Positions 12,157 through 23,500 of a DNA stretch of 64,000 nt are shown here, piece after piece. The notes beneath the pieces were generated by a model. That model was not told where the DNA came from. It searched no databases and was given only the letters and a program-made list of their open reading frames with translations. A program made the position numbers and the translations under genes. This DNA comes from Eledone cirrhosa (taxonomy: Eukaryota), in NCBI GenBank assembly GCA_964016885.1, contig OZ024745.1:55924001-55988000 (forward strand), written 5' to 3'. The stretch's first letter is position 1. Each line of letters starts with the position of its first letter.

Positions 12157-15100
12157 ATGTGTCCACACCTAAGAAAAACACAGACACAAACACACATTCA
12201 TGCATACTGATATACAGCCGCACGCACAATTAGACCTTTTGACACAAACCCCCACCCCCATGACTTTATTATGAAACCAGTTTTTTTATTATTATATTTT
12301 TCGAATGGACTTCTACAATATTTGTTTATATATAACTACAACCACATATGATCAACTAAAATCTAAATGAATATAAAGTAACCCTATGATATCAACGAAA
12401 CCAAAATAAACAAATCATAATCCTACAATCAACTTTAACAGAAACACCAAATCGAGGCAGACAAACATTAAATTAAAAATAAAAACCTTCTTCATAACCA
12501 TTTCACAGTCACCTTAATCCAACAATCCTGCTCAAATTACTGGTATTGGGACGTGGGACGTCGTACTACATAGGATCTGAATTACACTCTGGTGACAAGA
12601 CAACAACAAATGTATACATTTAACTGAGAAGATGTTGCTTAATTTGATGGAATAGGAGATGAACATTGTCCAAAACCTCGCGGTGCCAACTACTTAATAA
12701 CATATATCTGGGTGTCTATACGTATGAGTGATTGTGTGAGTGTGTCACGTTATGTATTTGCCAATGTCTGTCAGATATATATATGCGGTTAATGATCGAG
12801 GATTTTGAGAATGATTTTGAGAAAGAAAGTGTGTAGGGTTTGCTGGGTTCATAAATAAAATATACGAGTACGAACGTCCACGCTGATAGAGTAGAGATTC
12901 ATCAACCGCAGTATACAGTATGTATGTCCTCGTGTTAGTTATATATCTCAATATTTTACCATTCATTCTGTAATAATGCTATTGATTCTTTTTTTTTTCT
13001 TTTCTTTTGTAGGTATCAAAGAATTTCAATATTCTCTGTCATACTTTCAGATGTATACGATATATATAAATATTTTTTTTTATATATCCCTGGTGAATAA
13101 ATATCTCAGTGCAATATAGAACGGACTATCATTGACTAATTTTCTTTGAATATTAAACATTGTTATGACATAATTCACTATTCTCTACTGGTAATAATTC
13201 TTCAGGCTCACATTTTAACATTCTTTGTCTGATAATTGAAGTTTTGCAGCATACCACTGTACCGTAAAATGTCTTCAGAGCAACTATAGAAGTTACCTAA
13301 ATATTATTGATTTGTGTAAATGCTAAGTTTATGGAAATAATAATTTGAATGCGATGTCAACAATGATTCGCAAGAGAGTTATTATTATTTTAATTTAATT
13401 TTGTTATATGAATAGTAAGTGCTCGGAAAACTTAATATTGCAAACTAAATACAAAAGATTATCGAAGTAAATTCGGCGCACTTATCCTCACTTCTAAGCT
13501 TTAAGCCATTTAAACAACTTTCTAATATTTATTATTCAAGTGTAGGCATTTAAAAATAATATAGCGAAAATATTCAAAAGATTGAATTATCTTGTCAGGG
13601 ATTCGATAATATATTTTATCAGTTGAATATAATTTTCTGAATTATAAAGGGCAGTAAAATATTCTAACAATATAATATTGAATAGTCAGAATATATATTT
13701 CGGTTTAGCATATTTAATTAATATAGCTTTAAAGAGAATTCAAATTTCGGTGATGCATTAAATTGCGATGTTTTCTTTTACAGTGTATCTTTAAATCGAT
13801 AGTACCTCAGTAACTATCGATCAGATAGGGTTAATTGAATAAAATACCTAATGTAGAGAATAATACTAATATTATTAAGAATATGAAAAATGATGTATGA
13901 TTACTTTCCGAACGTTTTCGCGGAAACGGTTTTGAAGATCTAGAAATTGAGGAACATAGTTATCTGACTCCATCAACTTCCATGAGTCTTCAACAGCCAG
14001 CTTTCTTGTGTATTGCTATAGGAGGCCCACTTTCTATTTATTCTATATTCCTTTCTTCTTTTGTTTCGATTTTGTTGTTAGTATGACATGGTTTTGTTGT
14101 TTACTTTATCTGTCTTTCATATATTGGTCTGTTTTCGTCATGTTTTAAATCCTATCATAAGTGTCGGGTAGACAATCGGCAAGAAATGGAAACAAAACTG
14201 AAGGAAAAGGTGAACAAGCAAACAATAACAAAAATATTTTTATATAACATTATTCGATTATATTCCATAATTATGAAGTCCAGCACTCTACTCAGTGATT
14301 ATAATTTTGTTGTTAATTCTCCAATTTGAGAGATCATCGCTCCGATAATCTGAGTATTTGGTATGAATATGAAAGGTAAAAATCGGTTTTATGGGCAGAA
14401 CCCTCCGGAATTGAAGCTCCCGAGTAGGATAATTGGTTAACATCCATAAACTCCGTTGGTCTCGTTTGAGGATCAGGCCGAATCAATTGTAGAGTGTTGC
14501 TCTCAACAGGACACGCTGGAAAGCGCCCTTGGGGACTCTGCCGCCCACGATGCTCCCAGAAATAAGTGAGCTATGAGGAAATATGCCTGAGTCGGTTGGA
14601 GAGACTTTGGCTTGCCCCTGTTTTATACGCCACACCCACACAACTTCTACGCATGTCTCATAAACTATCTATTCTGCTACTAAGGCTAAGGAGTAAGATA
14701 TTCCTACAAAGTTTTCTAAACGTCTGGACTCCGTACTTCCTATATGGAAATAGATCTTATATATTGAAAGTCCTACCACCCACAAGGCTGCTCGTGACTA
14801 AGAAGAAGCACTCCAAGAAGATAATTTACCAAATCTGTCGCTAACCACATGACCAACTCTGACCGAAACAGTTAGAAATATTGTCGTTGGCTACAATTAG
14901 AAGTATCCTTTACCTCTAGTCTGACATCATCACTTTATTTTGGATTACGTCTGATAAGCAGGTGTCTCTAATTCCCCGTCGGCCTCATAAAACGCATATT
15001 CATATATCGCATTCATAACTATAGCATTTATAGAGGGAGACTTATGAGAATAAAAAAAAAATATTTTACTATGAATTGTATGTTAGTAATCCAAATTATT

Positions 15101-15781
15101 AAGACTTATTGTGCACGAAATGTCTACCAATCACCGGCAGCTTAGGCAGCTTCCTAAAATCTGGCCCGTCACGCAAGTATATTTTCAAGAATTACAACTA
15201 GATGTTGTTTGTATCATTTTATTCCGCCCATCTGTTTTTATATAATATTGTTTGCTTTGGAAAATTTCATAACCAGAAATTCGGGTATCAAACCTGTAGA
15301 CGATACAACATTTATTACTAGACACCTCAAGAATATTGCGTGGTATATTTAAATAAAATAGTAAACAAAAATCAAAACCTAGCTTCAGGGCCACAGCATC
15401 GTACAATTATATATCACTGCTTACTACACTACAGATAGAGAACTCATAATACCGCAGTAGACTACAAGTAGGAATTAACTCTTAAATGTGAGTGAAGCTG
15501 ATTGTCACCTTGTGTACATGTTATAACCATGTATCTATAATCTATTGCTTTCTATTAATTGTTTCAAAACGTAATACGTTCGAACTATGTCAATTGACCG
15601 TCTACTAGGTTGTCCCTTAAATGATTATATACACATCGTGATATTTTTTCCATATTATTTTACAATAACAAATTTACATCATAAACTTACAAGGATCAAA
15701 CTAAATATATTCAGCATCCACTATATATTTACATGTTTACAACCGGCAGTATAACATATTCACATAACGCTAAGAAATATT

Positions 15782-15932
15782 ATGCTTTCTAGCATAGTTA
15801 CGTCCCTTTACACTCTCAGTTCAAATCCCGCCGAGGTTAACTTTGCCTTTCATCCTTACGGCGTCGATAAAATAAAGTACCAGTAATGTACTGGGTAATT
15901 GCTGGCCTTGTGCCTAAATTAGAAACAATTAT
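15782..15932 (+). mobile_element. tRNA-type SINE, 5' degenerate
   Basis: B-box-like agttcaaatcc followed by cgccgaggttaactttgcctttcatcc..gtcgataaaataaagtaccag; matches the reverse complement of 29552-29740. Confidence 0.85.
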
Positions 15933-18900
15933 TTCTTATATTCTACCAAATCACCACTCACTTATATAACATAAACTTCATGTCACATCCTCTACAAGTT
16001 TAGCGGCCCACTCTAAAAGGTATTGCAGTAAATATGGCAAGCTTGTATCATTTTTGAGAAGTGTCAAATGGCTATGTGTATATATATATATGCTAAATAA
16101 TTTATTGTAAAACGAAGGACTTTAAGATAATTGAACGTACATACATCTTCAGCATGAGGTATATATGTTTTTGATTGTTTTTTTTGTGGGCGGGGTGGAC
16201 GTTTCAGTGAAAGTTTTATTATTATTTTCTATATATATATATATATTATTAGAATTGAATAACGTAGTTCTGAAAAAAAAGTGACATACATGCTGGTGAG
16301 GGAAAATCTACGTCAATTGCCTTAATGGTAGAGAAAAGAAATGTTCAGAAACATGTATGATTGGCATACAGGGAAATGAAGGTAGGAAGGGGATCGAGAT
16401 AATAGTTGAATCTATTTTTTAAAACGATTTGCTAATGTTGAATGCGGATAGAGGATTATATTGTACAGAGCAGAACAGGTTCCTAATGAAAAACTCCAGG
16501 AGCCCATTACCAGTTTCTCGATATGTTTGGAATGGCATTTAGAAGATTAGATGTATTGGATTAGGCTTTCAGCGTAGTTGAATCAACTGCTTGGGCAATT
16601 TATTTAAGGACTTTAAATATATGTGGCATGTCCATCGAGGAGATAATGTTATTTGAAGGTAACACTTTGACAAAAATTGCAGCCAAATATACATAAACAG
16701 GAAAAGAAAACCTGTCATACTAACTATAAATTGTTGTCTCAGATAGGCAGGGGAAAGAGTTCTGTGATATCTATGTGAACGCAGATGGGAGATTTTGATA
16801 AAATCAGCATTTAAGAAATATACCAGTGATAAAAACACACCTGGACGATATTTCCTGGAGGTGGAGGAAAGAAATTCGGTTGCGAGCAGGTTTATGTGAA
16901 AATATCCCGCGTTATATTGCATAATTTGTGAGTCAATCAATTCTAGAGTGTTTCACTAACGAACATATCTCCCTTTGGCCAAGTATATTTAGTTATATTC
17001 ATCATAAGCAATACGTATATACAAAGCTTCTGTACGCATATTGTGAATTCTCTTGAAAATAAAATGCTTTCTTTGACACTAATCTCACTTTTACAATGAT
17101 TTTCATTTGTTTGGGAAGCTGAGACAGATGAAGGTGAGGCAAATACATAAACCAATCCTGATATGTTGTTTATATGATAGAGTATGTTCTTGGCTAAACA
17201 CTCTATTGCTAAATTATCATAAGAAAGTATTTTCAAATTTAGAGTACTAGGTTTCCAATTAAAATTCCACTTGAATTGTTTCTTGAAATAAACTTTGTGT
17301 AATGAACAAAAGTAGCATGAGATATGTAATTTGCAATAAACAAAGAACAGCTAAACACAACCTACATTCAAATATCAGACAGTACAATGTCAGTTTCAAG
17401 TATGTCACGTTCAATGAATAAAAAGTCTGTAGCAAATGTAAATTAAATTAGTGTTTGGAATTGTTTGTTAAATAATTACTTAGAATGTCCTTATTACAAA
17501 TAATTATTTCAAATTAGGATAAGAAAAACAGTTGTTGAATAAAGTAGCAATTAGAAAATATCGTTTTTCAAGAAAATAAATATCTTATATTTTCTGCGAC
17601 TTATTACGAATGTCTTTCTCACTCAATTAAGATACAACATTTCGTGTTTTATATGCAGAAGCTACATTAAACACACTAAGGGGAATCCATGTTGAATGGT
17701 AGACAATGGTATAACTTCTACAAATTTGCTAAAAGTTGTAATCGATCCCCTTCTAATCACTTAGCATGATTTACAGTATACACATACAAACAAGCCACAC
17801 TACACAAGTAATAATCCGTAAAATAGTGACTGATAAATTACTGAAAAGGACACAAGTGATACTGAAAAAATATATATTGATACATATTTTAGTTATATAT
17901 CTGCTTGATCGTACGAGTAACACACTTGAACGACAACATTCTAGAACATTGAGTTTTGACCTTTGCATATAATTAACACGTAGTGATTTACTGGGATATT
18001 AGGAAAACAACTCATTAAAATGAGTATAATATATAGGAGTAGTTGCAATAAGGCCCATATAGAATATTTCTAAATACTGAATACACTCTAGGACAATTTA
18101 TTTTTCAAAGTTATGAACAGAAATCATGATCACACCTCTCACTCAGGCATTGCGTATCTTTGTCGAAATTATTTATTCGGCTCACATTTCTCTCAAATTT
18201 GAAGGGTTTCTGTGTTTTTTCTGGCTCTGTCATTAGCTCGTACATAATACTTTATTTTGGTTGGGAGTGAAGAGGGTTTATTCATGGCATTATATTTACA
18301 GACTTTTAGCGGGTTATTTTGATTAGATTTTGCGGGAAATGTGATCCAGTATATGTTCCCATTAAAATTAAATACTAACCATTACAGCAAGAAAAAAATG
18401 TTCGATATCAATAAATTTTCAAATTGAGTATATTATACTTGGATATATATTTTTTTAAATATCTTTCTGAAAGTTTACTCTTTGAAGACCTGTAAAGGCA
18501 TTTCTGCAATTACAAATAAATTTCATAAATTACTAGGTAGAATTACTGTTTATTTTCTGTTGATTTACTTATATGAAATATTTGTTTCATATAACTAATG
18601 ATTTATTTACTCTCTTGGCGATCAAATTTTAAGGGAAATATGGCTGGAACGTGAGTCATTCTTTACATATATGAGAGGTATTGCGAATTTCAGATTACAA
18701 GTCAACACGGCGACGTCAACACAAAATTTAGAATCCCCAGCGGAAAAATATATATTATTGAATAAAGACTCATTTAAAATTGATACTTTCATGTATATAT
18801 CTATAATCTGCATGTTACGATATTGTTTATACGTTAATTCTTATTTTATCGTTAAGGCTATAATTGTTGGGATTTGCAGTCTATAATTAGTGTATTACGG

Positions 18901-19029
18901 AAGCAATGTTTCCAAATTCTAGATTCTCGATAATATAGAATCCCGCAGTTATAATTATATGACCAAATAATATGTGTATTAAGTATAAAATGTAATAGTC
19001 AAGAGCACATATACATGCAATTTAATACA

Positions 19030-19672
<643 letters not shown>

Positions 19673-20211
19673 AGCGGCGATGAATTAGTTTTGCGAGGTT
19701 TTTTATATGAAATCGTGTGTCGAAACAAATATTGTTATACTTGGGGAGGGTCATATTTGTGTAATATTGCCAGAATTAATAACAGAACACACTCACTGTT
19801 TGGTTGGTTTTCGCTTCTCGCTGTTTTTTATATCGGTAATCTAACTTACTCGGTCCTCAATGTTGCCATTGACTGACCGACGGTCAAAAATAGTACAGAT
19901 ACAATATAGACACAAACACATATATAGTTTATCATAAATCTTTCGTTGCACATCTGCAACATCGTCAGTGGTGTTATATTTTCCTCCTGTTGTGTTGTAT
20001 GTCTACGCCATTTTTATTCAGTCTGTCTATATATTTATTTATTTATTTGCTTGTTTGTTTATTTTATTTCGTCTTCTTTGCGCATGCGTTTGCGTGTGTG
20101 TATAGTGTTATGTTTGCTGTGTGATGGGTGACTAGTGTGTGTTTATGTGCTTGTTGTTATTGTGCTTGTGTATGTATTTATTTATTTATTTATCTTATTT
20201 TATTTACTTAT

Positions 20212-20644
20212 TTATACTTCTCTTAGGTCAGTGTTGTTTGTTTGGGTGTTGTTGTTATTCCATTCATTCTTTCTGTTTAGCTTTGGTCTTCTAATTTCTA
20301 TTTCACTGGCCTCTCTGATTTGCCTATCTGCTGGGTCATTTCTATGTTTAGATATTATTCTAATTTCTATGTTGTCTATGTTACCGTCATGTGGTTGTCT
20401 AGCATGTTCGTATAGTACTGACCCGTTTTTTCGTCCTTTTAGTTCCCCACAGTGTTGGTCTATCCTTTCACCTATGCTACGAGCTGTCTCACCTATGTAT
20501 GTTGTTGTCATGTTTCTGCAAGTACCCTCTGTACATCTTATGCTATAGACTACGTTTCTAGTTTTACAGTTTATCCGGGGTTTCACCTTACATATGATAT
20601 ATTTCCTATTGGTACAGTGGGTTTTCTTAAAAGGGTAGGTTTTG
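20212..20644 (-). pseudogene. Penelope-type GIY-YIG endonuclease domain (fragment)
   Basis: CKTRNVVYSIRC..C....YIGETARSIGERIDQH...SVLYEH....H...RQIREASEI...PKLNRKNEW; the ORF-track N-terminus is read out of the inverted pseudo-LTR. Confidence 0.9.
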
Positions 20645-20659
20645 CAGGAGGAAAATATA

Positions 20660-20703
20660 ACACCACTGACGATGTTGCAGATGTGCAACGAAAAATTTAT
20701 GAT
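20660..20703 (+). ncRNA. Hammerhead-like motif in the Penelope pseudo-LTR (mirror copy on minus at ~19931-19972)
   Basis: acca-CTGACGA-t-GTTGCA gatg TGCAAC-GAAA-(a/g)att-TA-tgat; 6-bp helix II is perfect, helices I and III are imperfect. Confidence 0.6.
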
Positions 20704-20999
20704 AAACTATATATATGTGTTTGTGTCTATATTGTATTTGTATTATTTTTGACCGTCGATCAGTCAATGGCAACATTGAGGACCGAGTAAGTTAGATTAC
20801 CGATACAAAAGACAGCGAGAAGCGAAAACCAACCAAACAGTGAGTCTGTTCTGTTATATGTATATATATATATATATATTGTTATACTTTGGCAACATTG
20901 AGGACCGAGTAAGTTAGATTACCGATATAAAAGACAGCGAGAAGCGAAAACCAACCAAACAGTGAGTCTGTTCTGTTATATGTATATATATATATATAT

Positions 21000-21263
21000 A
21001 TTGTTATACTTTGGGAGGGTCATGTTGCCAATAAGAAACACACGCACCAGTTGCTTTCACTTCAATTTAATTTAATATATATTTATAAATTTACAAATTT
21101 ATAAATTTCTGGTTGGTTGGTTGGTTCCACAACCAGATAGTTGTTTATATATATATAGTCATAGTTCTTTCGTCACACACTCTGTGACCTCTTCAGTGAC
21201 TGGGGATTTCTTTCTTCGTTTCTGTGCCTTTCCTTTCTTCTATCCTACGCAAATTCAGAAACG

Positions 21264-21265
<2 letters not shown>
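21000..21265 (-). mobile_element. Solo pseudo-LTR of a related Penelope-like family
   Basis: Shares the terminus ttgttatactt(t/g)gggagggtcat with 19732-19754 and contains a hammerhead. Confidence 0.6.
21157..21201 (-). ncRNA. Type I minimal hammerhead ribozyme
   Basis: Minus strand reads AGUCA-CUGAAGA-g-GUCACA gagug UGUGAC-GAAA-GAAC-UA-UGACU: perfect 5-bp helix I, 6-bp helix II, 2-bp helix III. Confidence 0.8.
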
Positions 21266-21351
<86 letters not shown>

Positions 21352-21460
21352 CCCCACTATCAGGCTAAATAATTTCTTTAATTTCTTTAGTCAAAATACG
21401 GCGATAGCTTACATTTCTAATAATATCGGACCCGCTCGGTGTTTAGAAAATATTCTTACT

Positions 21461-21545
<85 letters not shown>

Positions 21546-21550
21546 ATATA

Positions 21551-21619
<69 letters not shown>

Positions 21620-21625
<6 letters not shown>

Positions 21626-21736
21626 TGCCCCCTCGTTATCGAGTATGGCCATTGCACGAGGAGAAAAAAAAATTTATAAATAAATAAAATATAAAATAAA
21701 ATTAAAACAAGAAATAAATATATATATATATACACA

Positions 21737-21767
<31 letters not shown>

Positions 21768-22580
21768 ACACACACACATATACATTAATAACAATAATAA
21801 TAATAATAATAATAACAACAATAATAATAACGACAACAATAATAATATACATATACATATATATATATATACACACACACGCACACACATAAACATATCT
21901 ATACACACACACACGATACCAACGAACAGCGCTGCGATCGAATGTGGCTTTTTAGCCCAGCCAATGATCTAAAATGTCTTGCACAGAGTCGGCAGCCAAC
22001 ACAATCACAAAGGAATAGCTGGCTGTGGTTTGAGTTCATGTACTTTTGCATGTCGCTTGAACCCCCCTGCTGATTTACATTCTCTACCACATGTTTGGCA
22101 AGCATGATGAGTAGCATCTCCAACAGCAGCCTGGTAGTCAACCACTGGTCTTACTTTATGACTGCGAAGATGACTTTCAAGTCCAGCTTTGCTTAAGCAG
22201 GGTCTCGCACAGACGCTGCATGTCAGCACCATAGGAGGACCCTCGCCGTCTGGAAGTGCAACAGCAATGCCCTTCCTCACCTCCCGCTTTACTCTCTAGT
22301 ATGCGATTCGAGATGCCTCAAAGGCAACTTTTCCCTCATATACAGTCTTTCTCCATTTATTACGATCAGCAGCAATATTCTCCCATGTATCAGCAGAGAT
22401 GTTAGCGTCTTTCAGAGAGGCTTTCAAGGAATCCTTATACCTATTTTTTGCTTTATGTAGCGGTCGTTTTCCTTTAACCAACTCTCCATAAAAGAGTTGT
22501 TTTGGTATTCTAGAATCCTTCATCCTGGCAAGGTGACCACTCCAACGGAGTCGTTGCTTAAGCACAAGAGCTTCTTTACT
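21620..22580 (-). mobile_element. RTE-clade LINE 3' segment (C-terminal domain, three C2H2 fingers, microsatellite-rich 3' UTR)
   Basis: EALVLKQRLRWSGHLARMKDSRIPKQLFYGEL..GKR...RYKDSLK...WENIAADRNKWR; fingers CSVC..HLRSH, CQTC..HAKVH, CRLC..HIRS; ends gataacgagggggcagccatc then (AT)n. Confidence 0.92.
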
Positions 22581-22714
22581 GTCACACATAGAGCTTTGAA
22601 TGTATGAGTGTTGCTGTGTGCGCGCGTATGTATGCGTGTGTGTGCGAGCGTAAGTATGCGCGTGTGTGTATGTCGTACGTATAAGTGTCAATAAGTGAGT
22701 AATTTTTTTTTTGC

Positions 22715-22992
22715 GTGGGGACATAGAAATAATCAGGATGGATGCCCGATCGCGCAGTTAAACCACTGGGAGTGAAGAACCCCTACTCCTTGTCAAATAA
22801 TTATTCTAGGAGAAGGGATCTCAGGAAACTGGGTTAACTCCGACATAAAACCTGCGGCTCAGTAGTTACCGATGATGTTGATCTTTTCTTCTTTTCGGGT
22901 TGAAGCTACTGTCGCTCAGAGAGTGGGATTGGCTCAGTGCACAGTCTTTCCTCACTTTAAAAATATTCGCCACGCACAGGCATAGCACGAGT
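22715..22992 (+). mobile_element. Probable 5' UTR of the RTE element (or an RTE-related SINE)
   Basis: GC-richer block lying upstream of the APE start once the 23044-23467 insertion is removed; assignment is mainly inferred from position. Confidence 0.35.
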
Positions 22993-23043
22993 TTAATAAT
23001 TATTAATAGTGTATTATTACTATTATTATTATTGATGTTATTA

Positions 23044-23467
23044 CTCTTTGAGTCTCAGTCATTGATGTTAGTTAACTGGAAAGTTTGTTTAAATGAATAT
23101 CAAGCCATTACCTGCAGCCTCAGATATTCAGGACGTATCGGAGGGTTTTTGCTGTTCCCAGCAAGCATGCATTTTGAAGCGTTCCAAAAAGCGTGATGGG
23201 GCCAATTTTCTTTAACCATCCCTGGAAACTTTTTGAGATAGTCCCTAGTGCGCATATGACAATCGGGATCACTTTGACTTCATGGCAGTTCCAAATCCTT
23301 TTTACCTCCCACTTTAAGTCCTGGTATCGGTTAATTTTCTCCCTCTCCTTCTCTTGCACTCTCATGTCGAATGGGCAGGCCACATCCACAATCAGGCACG
23401 ATCTTTTTTCTTTGTCCACAACCACCAGGTCAGGACTATTGTGTTCCAGTTTCTTGTCCGTCCGTAT
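23044..23467 (-). mobile_element. 3' fragment of an R4/Dong-like LINE (restriction-like endonuclease)
   Basis: TDKKLEHNSPDLVVVDK...IVDVACPFD...EKINRYQDL..E...IW...VIPIVI.ALG; degenerate (TAA)n tail at 22995-23043; same family as 40164-40627. Confidence 0.9.
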
Positions 23468-23500
23468 CCTAATTCGTATCGTCATTGTGCCATTGTAATA

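Larger units (their letters stand above)
19730..20978 (-). mobile_element. 5'-truncated Penelope-like element with inverted pseudo-LTR
   Basis: ~210-bp inverted repeats (19780-19989 and 20645-20856) flank a GIY-YIG fragment; a ~122-bp tandem duplication of the pseudo-LTR end starts at 20769 and 20891. Confidence 0.9.

Noticed and set aside
12985-13020. Strong polypyrimidine splice acceptor (ttttcttttgtag), and an acceptor/donor pair at ~62830-62895
   Set aside because: No coherent coding exon; the 47-nt candidate at 62841-62887 has stops in all three frames; RNA-seq would be needed
16569-17236. Two adjacent minus-strand ORFs (97 and 123 aa)
   Set aside because: No recognisable motif; possibly a decayed transposon, but unsupported without a homology search
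19730-21023. 25-bp direct repeat read as a target-site duplication
   Set aside because: Similarity continues beyond the repeat, so these are homologous pseudo-LTR termini rather than a TSD
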